Below, in pieces: positions 18,758-26,423 of a stretch of 26,423 bases of DNA. Under the pieces are notes generated by a model. That model made no database searches. It was not told the origin of the DNA and was given only the letters and a program-made list of their open reading frames with translations. Every line of letters begins with the position of its first letter. Positions within the stretch are counted from its first letter, which is position 1. The stretch is taken from the NCBI GenBank assembly GCA_014728035.1, contig WJMJ01000124.1, positions 1-26,423 of the forward strand. Direction: 5' to 3'. The stretch is from Promethearchaeota archaeon. GTDB lineage: Archaea; Asgardarchaeota; Thorarchaeia; Thorarchaeales; Thorarchaeaceae. The position numbers were made by a program, and so were the translations under genes.

Positions 18758-19309
18758 ATGAATAAGACTCGAAGAATAAGCAGGTACATCTCATATCTTC
18801 TCAGACATCATCCTGAAAAAGCGGATTTGGAGGTAGACAAAAAAGGAGGTTGGGTCTCGGTGGAAAAATTGCTTGCACATCTAAAGATTTCTTTGGATGA
18901 TTTGAAACAGATTGTATCCACTGATAGAAAAGGAAGATATTCCTTTGAAGGTAATGAATTCAAACGAATACGTGCAAACCAAGGCCATAGTATAGATGTA
19001 GACCTAGAACTTAATACGGTAACTCCTCCGGAGCGACTCTATCACGGAACTGCATCACGAAACCTCCCAAGTATCAAACGTGAAGGTCTCAAGAGCATGG
19101 GACGACATCATGTCCATCTATCCCAGACCTTTGAAGAGGCCCGACAAGTAGGAGCCCGTCATGGAAAACCAGCTGTAATTGTAATCGATACTGCAGCAAT
19201 GGCAGAGGATGGAATCGAGTTCTGGTTATCAGAAAATGGCGTATTTCTCGTAGAAGAGGTAGCTCCGAAATATTTCATAGAAGCAGGACCTAACGCTCAA
19301 AGAGAATAA
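18758..19309 (+). CDS. kptA: RNA 2'-phosphotransferase (Tpt1/KptA)
   Basis: LRHHP, KGRY, IRANQGHS, LYHGT, RHHVHLS, GARHG. Confidence 0.95.
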   Translation: MNKTRRISRYISYLLRHHPEKADLEVDKKGGWVSVEKLLAHLKISLDDLKQIVSTDRKGRYSFEGNEFKRIRANQGHSIDVDLELNTVTPPERLYHGTASRNLPSIKREGLKSMGRHHVHLSQTFEEARQVGARHGKPAVIVIDTAAMAEDGIEFWLSENGVFLVEEVAPKYFIEAGPNAQRE

Positions 19310-20441
19310 GAGGAACATACATCTCATCCTCGGTAGTTCCACCATGATGCCCTACAACAATCTCTCGCTCATGACCAGGGAATGAATTGAGAAAGGCATG
19401 ATTATCTTTCATCATAAGAACATAATCCCCAATTCGTCCATCAAAGACAGAACTCGGTTCATCCAACCCAAACCATCCCTCTGTAACTAAATCTGTACTC
19501 TTTTTTACGTCGCAAGCATAACTAAGGTTATCATCGATATAGTTCAGAAACCTATCAACCTTCGAGGGACGTACATAACAATATCCAGACCGAGTATCAC
19601 CACAGACAGGCATGATTAGCGAGTCCATCAGTTCTGGATGGTCAGCTCCATAGACCCGGGTTTCGGGAGTTGTATCAATTAAACCATGATCTGCTGTGAT
19701 TAGAACTATTGTATCATCAGGAAGATTATGCTCAAGAAAAGTACTGATTTTCTCATCCATTTGATGAAGGTGCTGTATCGTCTTCTCATGCTGACAACCA
19801 TATTCGTGCGCTAGATGGTCGAGGTTTCCATGATATGCATAGATGAATTTCTTTCCAGAACGAGACAAGTGATACGAGAGCGTGTCAACAAGATTTCCGA
19901 GACCTTTGCAACCCACCCTATAGGAATCACCTGAGAGAAAAGTGGAATATTTGGAGTGAACGATGTCCTTGGGTTGTATCGTGATAGAACGAATCTGAGG
20001 GTTGCGTACAATAGATGGAGAACCAATGAACGGAGCAACTTCCAAATCCATCGGATGGTCATTTGCAAGTGTGATGAACGGTAGAAATTGTGTCATTACC
20101 CCCAATTGTTTCAGATAGACATACCAGCCTGTGATTCCATGCTGGAGAGGGGCTGTCGCAGTAAACAGAGACGTTATTGCAGAACCAGTACTTGCAGGAA
20201 ACACACTTGTAAGTTTGACTCTAAGATTTTCTCTAAGAGGTCCTGAGTGGATATGATGCAGGAAATAATTGTAGCCCATTCCATCAAGAACCAGTAGTAA
20301 AACGGATTTATCACACAATTCGAGTGAAACACCATCAATATCCATTGGTGTATATTGTGTTGCATTTCCCAAATATCGTGATACCGCACAGCTCAAGTTC
20401 ACAAGAGATTCATTTTGGTAATCCGGTCGAACTGACATCAA
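19290..20441 (-). CDS. Alkaline phosphatase superfamily / nucleotide pyrophosphatase-phosphodiesterase
   Basis: LDGMG, SVFPAST, DHLAH, TADHG, GHHGG...EMYVP. Confidence 0.88.
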   Translation of the reverse strand: MMSVRPDYQNESLVNLSCAVSRYLGNATQYTPMDIDGVSLELCDKSVLLLVLDGMGYNYFLHHIHSGPLRENLRVKLTSVFPASTGSAITSLFTATAPLQHGITGWYVYLKQLGVMTQFLPFITLANDHPMDLEVAPFIGSPSIVRNPQIRSITIQPKDIVHSKYSTFLSGDSYRVGCKGLGNLVDTLSYHLSRSGKKFIYAYHGNLDHLAHEYGCQHEKTIQHLHQMDEKISTFLEHNLPDDTIVLITADHGLIDTTPETRVYGADHPELMDSLIMPVCGDTRSGYCYVRPSKVDRFLNYIDDNLSYACDVKKSTDLVTEGWFGLDEPSSVFDGRIGDYVLMMKDNHAFLNSFPGHEREIVVGHHGGTTEDEMYVPLILFER

Positions 20442-20469
20442 GTAATGGTTAAACTATAACAATATCAGT

Positions 20470-21771
20470 CTAATGGAATATAGACCGTCTAGCTTTTGGT
20501 GGAATTTTACGAATGATATATGATCTCATCTCTTCTGACATCGGAAGGTATTGAATAGGTTCAGAGTCGTCAACGATTTGGATATCATATCCCAAATTTT
20601 GAAACAAACTCAGAATTTTCTTAAATTCATGTTCTGTGACAGTGATGCCCGCTTGTTGTTCCTCAAGCAATCTAAAACCGTAAGCAGTCAACCACAAAGG
20701 TGTTAGGTCTATATAATCAGGTCCGTTGATTTCACATCTGTACAACGACAAATTCTGTAACTCTTGTTTCCTGAGTCTAAGGATGTCATCAAGTCGTACC
20801 ACTAAATCTCCAATCTTTGAAATCTTATCTATATCCAGAAAAATCGTCGTTCCACAATTATCAATCTGTCTTCCTAGAGATTCGTATATCCTAGTTCTTG
20901 CAAGTTCTATGCCGCCCGAGAGAAATTCGAGGATGGATGCCAGAGGAAGATCCAAGGTTTCTAAACCAACGATATTCAGTTTTTGAAATAGATGATATCT
21001 AATCGTTGACAGCGATTTCATATCCAATTTAGATAGACATTTCTGAAAAATCGTCCAATCACTGAAAAAGAGTTTCTCACCAGCCTTAGCGCGATCAACG
21101 AGATTTAGTAGTGAATTCATCAATGCAAAGGGATAATTTCTTGCAGATAACTTCACGCTGGTAGGATGAAAACTCTCGAAACCACATTGAATAGTTGGTA
21201 ATAGGTTATTGCCATCGGAACCTCTGAATCGAGCAATTCCCTTTATATCTCTAAGTTCTCTTAGCCACTCATATTCAAGAAGTAAGGAAACGGTCTGCCA
21301 ATATGAAACTGTTGAACCTTCAATAGGAACTCCTAAACGACCAAGATCAGAAGATAGAATTTCACTAACATCAGCTACATAACCGGTTTCCTTCAATCTT
21401 TTACCTTTAGTAGAGATACTACCTGCACGCGTTTTTGCTTTTGAACCGCCCCAAGGAATACTCGTAATTTGTTCTGCATTTCTTGGATACTCCAAGACTG
21501 GACGTAGATGAGTTCTAAGATGGGAATAATCCAGGTCGGAAGATTGACTCAACGAATATATGAAGGGAGGTAAAAAGAGAAGAATCCCCTCTTTCTTTGG
21601 GACCATCAGAGCGATTCTTCTCCCATGAGTATAGAAGACCATGCCATTATTCATTTGCTCCTCAATTCTAGGAATTACTTCTCGAATTGCCTCACGAATC
21701 CTGGAGAGTAGAGTAAAGACCTCCTTTGGGAGTATCTCATACAAATCCTCGAAATTGAAACCTCTCTTCAT
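20470..21771 (-). CDS. Hypothetical protein; N-terminus weakly DUF1801/YdhG-like
   Basis: 433-aa ORF; N-terminal LLSRIREAIREVIPRIEEQM..GMVFY pattern. The rest is not recognised. Confidence 0.6.
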   Translation of the reverse strand: MKRGFNFEDLYEILPKEVFTLLSRIREAIREVIPRIEEQMNNGMVFYTHGRRIALMVPKKEGILLFLPPFIYSLSQSSDLDYSHLRTHLRPVLEYPRNAEQITSIPWGGSKAKTRAGSISTKGKRLKETGYVADVSEILSSDLGRLGVPIEGSTVSYWQTVSLLLEYEWLRELRDIKGIARFRGSDGNNLLPTIQCGFESFHPTSVKLSARNYPFALMNSLLNLVDRAKAGEKLFFSDWTIFQKCLSKLDMKSLSTIRYHLFQKLNIVGLETLDLPLASILEFLSGGIELARTRIYESLGRQIDNCGTTIFLDIDKISKIGDLVVRLDDILRLRKQELQNLSLYRCEINGPDYIDLTPLWLTAYGFRLLEEQQAGITVTEHEFKKILSLFQNLGYDIQIVDDSEPIQYLPMSEEMRSYIIRKIPPKARRSIFH

Positions 21772-21988
21772 ATCAGCTCTTCCAATCTCAATAATAGTTG
21801 GTAAAAAGTATTAATGTTGTTCCTCAAGGTTGCAAACAAATATCGAACAAATATTATGTAATGATAGAAGTAAATCAATTCGTGAAACCGGATATCTATA
21901 CTACATTCTTTAGGTTAGAAATATATACCATATTTCAGATTATTTTTGCAAATAAGATTTAAATCTTCTAACAGGATGAGAATCAAAC

Positions 21989-22729
21989 ATGACAAGTGGT
22001 AGAAAGAATTATGCAACGGGATTCCTAGTAGTAATTCTGATTCTTATCATAGTTCCCACAATCATATTTGTTGGTCCTGAACTTGCTCCAGATGCACCAA
22101 AAAGAAATGAATCCATCTCGGGAAGGGGAACAAATCTATATATAGCCAAATTAGAAGCAGGTACTTGGACAGTAACTGTGTCAGCCGATCCTTTTTGGGG
22201 GTTGCATATCGATATTCACATAACAGGCGGAAACGTGCTCGTACCTTTCGTCATTGCAACTGCTGAGAATAGTTACACTGTGAGATTTGATTTGACTCAT
22301 CCCACAGCAGTGCATATAAGAGTAATAGAGAGCTCCACCTATCACGACTCACATGGATTCTATAGCATCAGAATTTCAGGAGGAGATGGCGCTAATCTAC
22401 CATTCCCCATTGTACTCCCATTTTTTTCAATTTTTTTGATAATTCCTTCTTTGTTCTGTATCTCCATAATCATCCTCGCCAAAATAGGTGCTAAAGGGCA
22501 TAAGCATACTTCAGAAACAATACAAAGAACCAGCACATCAACAGAACACGATACAACAACTAGAATTCCCTCACAGATCGATTTCGATTACATGGCACCT
22601 CGATTGCCTTCAAGATGTCCAAATTGTGGAGCTAGTCTATCAGCTATGAATGTTGATTGGATAGGCCCCCTTGAAGCTATTTGCCTACACTGTGAAGCCG
22701 TAGTTAAGGCAAAGTTCGAACATCTCTAA
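21989..22729 (+). CDS. Two-TM membrane protein with a beta-rich loop domain and C-terminal zinc ribbon
   Basis: Hydrophobic segments near the N-terminus and at about aa 140-165; CPNCGA...CLHC. Confidence 0.75.
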   Translation: MTSGRKNYATGFLVVILILIIVPTIIFVGPELAPDAPKRNESISGRGTNLYIAKLEAGTWTVTVSADPFWGLHIDIHITGGNVLVPFVIATAENSYTVRFDLTHPTAVHIRVIESSTYHDSHGFYSIRISGGDGANLPFPIVLPFFSIFLIIPSLFCISIIILAKIGAKGHKHTSETIQRTSTSTEHDTTTRIPSQIDFDYMAPRLPSRCPNCGASLSAMNVDWIGPLEAICLHCEAVVKAKFEHL

Positions 22730-22836
22730 GGACTGTCGATGATACACCATATCTACGCATATCGACATATTCCTGTTGTCTGGAAGGGTACTGGATTCCG
22801 GGTTGGGACTGGAAGATAACTGCATATATCTGGCGA

Positions 22837-23217
22837 GTGGTACGGGTTCCACTAGGAATGAACGGAAAAAGTGCGCTCTGTACAGTCCCAATACAATGGC
22901 CTTGTTCAGTACAGACACTCAAGAATGAACTCAGATATGCCACTCCGTTCGCGAGGTCTCGTAGTCTGAACATCCGGATAAAGAGGTCGATACCAGTCTT
23001 TGCGTTCATTGATGGTGAGAGCTATGGACCATTCAGAAAGAACAGTCGCGCAAAGCTTCCGATACCTGTCGCATTACATCTGATATGGAAAGACCTTGCA
23101 AAGTCCCGTGAAACTGGACCAAAGATAGCTGCCAACTGGTTTGTAAAGGACTGGAAAAGATTTTTTGAGCAGGGAGTATCTAATCCTACCATGCAAAGGG
23201 TAGCAATCAGCTACTGA
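22837..23217 (+). CDS. Protein with a GINS B-domain-like segment; possibly 5'-truncated
   Basis: IRIKRSIPVFAFIDGESYGPFRKNSRAKLPIPVALHLIWKDLA resembles the Gins51 C-terminal B-domain pattern. The frame is open upstream to 22708. Confidence 0.55.
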   Translation: MVRVPLGMNGKSALCTVPIQWPCSVQTLKNELRYATPFARSRSLNIRIKRSIPVFAFIDGESYGPFRKNSRAKLPIPVALHLIWKDLAKSRETGPKIAANWFVKDWKRFFEQGVSNPTMQRVAISY

Positions 23218-23221
23218 AAAC

Positions 23222-23238
23222 TTGGACATTGTTGGACA
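23222..23238 (+). promoter_or_regulatory. Tandem TTGGACA heptamers with 10-bp period upstream of the TATA box (operator/iteron-like)
   Basis: TTGGACA at 23222-23228 and 23232-23238. GTTGGACAA (23231-23239) has an inverted copy TTGTCCAAC at 23365-23373. Confidence 0.4.
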
Positions 23239-23247
23239 AGATCTGAT

Positions 23248-23388
23248 AGGAGTTTATATGGAGTGATCTGGAATAGAGATTTGGTCTACAGACACAGGAG
23301 CCCTGACCAGGACCGAGCCAGTTCCAGTACCGTTTCTGGACGGACAAAGCTCGGGTGTCTAAGTTTGTCCAACTAAAAATGAACGGTA
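23248..23388 (+). repeat. Direct repeat copy 2 (TATA box 23253-23260 + structured leader)
   Basis: 139/141 identical to 1-141; ends 3 nt before GGAGG (23392-23396). Confidence 0.97.
23283..23388 (+). ncRNA. Putative structured leader RNA, copy 2
   Basis: Same five helices as copy 1 (offset +23247). Both inter-copy mismatches fall outside these helices. Confidence 0.45.
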
Positions 23389-23405
23389 ACAGGAGGGATA
23401 GAGGG

Positions 23406-25124
23406 GTGAGTGGAAACTGTCCAGCAGGCAGGTCGTGTAAGGACTGTGTGTATGTTAAGATGTGTGGAGGATGCCTTGGTGATGCCTGCGTTCACATGCG
23501 TACAAGAAAAAGAGGCTCTGCCCACTCCACAGCCAAGTGTCTATTCTGTGAGATGATGAGAATAGATGATACCTGTCTAACACAAAATCCTCCGCCACCG
23601 AAAAAATTCGATCTGATTCCACCTCATGTTCTCGAACAAACCATCGAAGAATGGCAGATTCACATGGATGAGATGACCGAGATGCCAGAGGAACCAGACT
23701 GGCCCCTACTCATACCTGAAGTTTCGAACATCTCTGAAACTACACATAGATTGGGTGTTTGGCCCGATGAGGGGGACTTTGGTATCAAGAAGTTCGACCC
23801 CATCGCTTGGGACATGACCGGGAATCTCTTTGACAAGATACAGCGAATCTGGTGGGTACGAGAGACCGACTCGGACAGACCAGAGGATTGGCACGAAATA
23901 CTTGGTCCTCACGATAACTGGATCAACAACATACTATTCGTTGACCGACTCCCTGACAGACTTGCGATGCAGACCCCACCCTCTGCCCTGATGGTGGCCT
24001 ATCTCAACAGACTCTACGCCTACTACTGGAAGATAGTGTACGATGAGGATGCTCCGAGAATCTGGCTCATGACTCACGGATATCCGAGCTACATAGATTG
24101 GCCCCCAGCATGGCACTGGAACCTTGGTATCAGGATGTTGTGCAGTCTACAGGCATACATCGGGTCACAGGGATGGGACTTCATGGGGACCTACGACCCG
24201 GTATGGTATCCCGACAAGTCACGTAAGACAACACAACCGCTAAGAGTTCCCTTTGTACCCATGAAGGAAGGAGCAAGACTACTCTTCAAACCAGACTCAA
24301 TATCTCACGGACCGACCGAGATGGACTGGTATCCCTTTCCCGGAATCGTACCTTTTGTGCCAGGAGCAGACACGAACCAGCTCTCATGGTTCACCAAACA
24401 CATCGTCCAGATGGGGTATACTACATTAGCGATAGATGCTGTGAACTCTATAGCACACGAGAACTTCCGAGGACTTCGTGAGGCAGTCTCAGCAGTACAC
24501 CGCGCTGGAGCAAAGCATGTCATCATCTACGGACCGTGGCCTCTACATCCTCCGAGGAAGTTCATGCCAATCCGCAATGTATCATACATCCCCACCTCTC
24601 TTCACATGAACATGACCAACAATCCTCGGCGATACTGGCGAAAGAAGGGAGTAAAGACCGAGTACTACCAGAAGACACCAAACCACCGTATAACCTCACT
24701 CCCAGAGGTAGTAGTTCGAGAAGATCTGGAGATATGCGATTGCCCAGCCTGCAAAGCCGGGGAGACCAAAGAGGTGGACCCGCGCTCGATATGGCGATGG
24801 TGGCATATGCTCTTTGCAGCGGTCAAATGGGAGAAACGAGTAAAGAAGAAATTAGCCCAAGGTGATGTACTTGAACCCACCTTTGATAACACCCGACTCT
24901 GGTATCAGGGACCATCATACACGGTCTTTCGTAAGTGTCTGCACTATCCGCCGGAGTATCAGTGGGAGAAGATACCAGCTATCCTCGAAACCCTAGTCTT
25001 CAATGACACGAAGATGGAGATTCAATTCCCAGATGGCGAAACCGCATTGATTGAAAAGATACGGTGGACGGATTGGGACGAGGGACACACCTGGTGGTAC
25101 AAGTTTCCCAAGTTGGAGGAGTGA
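23406..25124 (+). CDS. Cys-rich DUF4417-like / tRNA-guanine transglycosylase-like TIM-barrel protein
   Basis: N-terminal Cys cluster (CKDC..CGGC..C..CLFC); THGYPSYIDWPPAWHWNLGIRM resembles the DUF4417 PDFSLYxDxP..WNxYR motif; C-terminal CDCPAC-x17-H resembles the TGT Zn site. GTG 23406 follows GGAGG; the longest ORF starts at 23355. Confidence 0.6.
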   Translation: MSGNCPAGRSCKDCVYVKMCGGCLGDACVHMRTRKRGSAHSTAKCLFCEMMRIDDTCLTQNPPPPKKFDLIPPHVLEQTIEEWQIHMDEMTEMPEEPDWPLLIPEVSNISETTHRLGVWPDEGDFGIKKFDPIAWDMTGNLFDKIQRIWWVRETDSDRPEDWHEILGPHDNWINNILFVDRLPDRLAMQTPPSALMVAYLNRLYAYYWKIVYDEDAPRIWLMTHGYPSYIDWPPAWHWNLGIRMLCSLQAYIGSQGWDFMGTYDPVWYPDKSRKTTQPLRVPFVPMKEGARLLFKPDSISHGPTEMDWYPFPGIVPFVPGADTNQLSWFTKHIVQMGYTTLAIDAVNSIAHENFRGLREAVSAVHRAGAKHVIIYGPWPLHPPRKFMPIRNVSYIPTSLHMNMTNNPRRYWRKKGVKTEYYQKTPNHRITSLPEVVVREDLEICDCPACKAGETKEVDPRSIWRWWHMLFAAVKWEKRVKKKLAQGDVLEPTFDNTRLWYQGPSYTVFRKCLHYPPEYQWEKIPAILETLVFNDTKMEIQFPDGETALIEKIRWTDWDEGHTWWYKFPKLEE

Positions 25125-25127
25125 AAC

Positions 25128-26129
25128 GTGACGGGTGGTAGCGGCTTAGATCCTTACTATGACAAGGATCCACCCAAGCTGAGTAAGAACAATGGTGAGT
25201 CGAAGCCAGAACGGGAGATCTATGAAGAGACAGAGGACATGATTCCCAAGACCTACAAGGATTCGGTCAGGCCAAAAAGGATAGAAATCGTCCCCTCAGA
25301 TAGTCCGTATCACAAAACGAAGAAGGTATACTCCTATGACTGTGAGCACTGCGGGACAGAGATTGTCACAAGTACACGGAAGAAACACAAGCATGCTTTA
25401 TGTGATAAAGACTGTCAATTCGAGTGGCAGAAGTATGGAAAGCCACCATCTAAACTTTCACCGGAGGGGAGAAAGAGTCTATCAAGAAAGACCAGAGAGA
25501 GATGGGAAGACCCTGAACATAGGGCAAAACGATTGAAAGCACATGTCAAAGCAGTGAAGTCTCCGGAATATCGTGCAAAGATGTCCAGAATACAAAAAGA
25601 AGTTTCCAGTCGTCCTGAATGGAAAGAGAAACAATCCAGAGCTCACAAAGGAAAGAAACGTCCTCCCGAGGTAGGTAGAAAAGTATCAGCCGCAAAGATG
25701 GGACATCCTGTATCTGAAGAAACACGAAGAAAACTATCAGAGGCTATGAGTGGGGATAAACATCCACAATGGAAAGGCGGCATAAGCTCTAAGACTTAAA
25801 GATTCTATCGTAGTAAAGAGTGGCGATAATAGAGAGAACGATGTAGGAAGAGAGATAACTATTCATGTCAGGCATGTGGCTGGACAGAAGAGGAATTAGG
25901 AGAATCACTTTATGGTCATCACATCGAACCATTGCGGGTCACCAAACACAAGTGAACGGTTTATCCTGATGAGCTGGTAGCCAGTCTATGCAGTGTGTGT
26001 CATGCGCCAACAGAGGCCCAAGAAGGCGATATGAAATATCCAATAAATGGAAGAGGAGAAGAAGCAAAACCAGAGAGGCTCAAAGAACCGCGATACGGTC
26101 AGAGCTCTCTGGATGAGTTATTCGATTAG
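25128..26129 (+). pseudogene. Zn-finger + NUMOD3 + HNH homing-type endonuclease interrupted by four in-frame stops
   Basis: ORF 25128-25799 (CEHCG..CDKDC; NUMOD3-like SEETRRKLSEA; HPQWKGG) continues in frame as RFYRSKEWR**RERCRKRDNYSCQACG...GHHIEP...*...LCSVCH...QSSLDELFD*. Stops at 25797, 25827, 25830 and 25953. Confidence 0.88.
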
Positions 26130-26423
26130 ACACCGTATCTATGTCTGTCAAGGAACTCCTGTTTTTTGGAGGGGTTCCAGGATTGGACGCCCTGGACGTA
26201 CCCCGTTACTCGGCTGAATACCTCCACACCAACATATCCGCACCGCGGACAGGTTATTCGAGTGAGGTCCTCGATGGAGTCAAACTTGGTGGTGCGCCAG
26301 TCGATGCCGGCCTGATAGGAGCAGGAGGGGCACTGCATAACGTCTTTAGTGAAGCTGAAGTAGGAATTAAGAGTGTCCTTGGCGATTTTCTTGGTAAGGG
26401 CCCAAAGAGCGTCGGGGTCAGGG
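26126..26423 (-). CDS. nrdD: Anaerobic (class III) ribonucleoside-triphosphate reductase, C-terminal part; 5' end outside the window
   Basis: Frame open to the window edge: PDPDALWALTKKIA..YFSFTKD..CPSC...CPRCG..EVFSRVTGY..WNPSKKQEFLDR (Zn site and glycyl-radical motif). Confidence 0.92.
   Translation of the reverse strand, partial: PDPDALWALTKKIAKDTLNSYFSFTKDVMQCPSCSYQAGIDWRTTKFDSIEDLTRITCPRCGYVGVEVFSRVTGYVQGVQSWNPSKKQEFLDRHRYGV

Larger units (their letters stand above)
22730..26423. mobile_element. Putative virus/plasmid-like accessory segment (boundary approximate; no integrase or capsid gene visible)
   Basis: Visibly higher GC than the left part; HNH, DUF4417-like, GINS-B-like and nrdD genes; duplicated unit near the boundary. 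Confidence 0.45.

Noticed and set aside
915-20986. Short ORF-track entries inside longer genes (e.g. 915-1169, 2158-2460, 3603-3938, 5327-5753, 7643-7933, 9431-9706, 15010-15438, 16073-16456, 18330-18710, 20726-20986)
   Set aside because: Antisense or alternate-frame shadows of well-supported CDSs with no recognisable motifs.
23355-23405. N-terminal extension MSKFVQLKMNG of the 589-aa ORF (same frame in copy 1 ends at TAA 144-146)
   Set aside because: It lies largely in the structured repeat. GTG 23406 has a well-spaced GGAGG, so the later start is preferred, though not proven.
22685-25536. Short ORFs 22685-22918, 22704-23009, 23706-23912, 23934-24116, 24305-24526, 24536-24865, 24665-24892 and 25336-25536
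   Set aside because: They overlap better-supported ORFs and show no motifs.
25797-25955. Stop-codon recoding (Sec, Pyl or alternative genetic code) in the HNH gene
   Set aside because: All three stop types occur, and neighbouring genes terminate normally with TAA, TAG and TGA.

Overview
Archaeal window, most likely Asgard (Thorarchaeia-like; this is inferred from gene content, not from a marker gene). It has two parts. Positions ~142-22729 are AT-rich, chromosome-like DNA. They hold an HDAC-family deacetylase divergent from a putative five-gene operon: beta-propeller/Zn-ribbon/2x PCI-like wHTH protein, dCache-HAMP-TPR-vWA receptor, output-less dCache-HAMP receptor, speA and larE. They also hold wHTH regulators, an M24 peptidase, a tusA-dsrE-iscS(Lys->Asp)-iscU(+TrxB-like domain) cluster and several housekeeping enzymes. 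From ~22730 the DNA is visibly more GC-rich and element-like: a GINS B-domain-like ORF, a DUF4417/TGT-like Cys-rich protein, a NUMOD3-HNH endonuclease broken by four in-frame stops, and the 3' end of nrdD. A non-coding unit of at least 141 bp (TATA box plus a multi-stem, double-pseudoknot-capable sequence) occurs twice, at 1-141 and 23248-23388. The best novel-system candidates are (i) a possible amine/polyamine-sensing Cache-TPR-vWA signalling operon and (ii) the duplicated structured RNA leader with its TGT-like gene. All family assignments are from motif recognition by eye; no searches were run.
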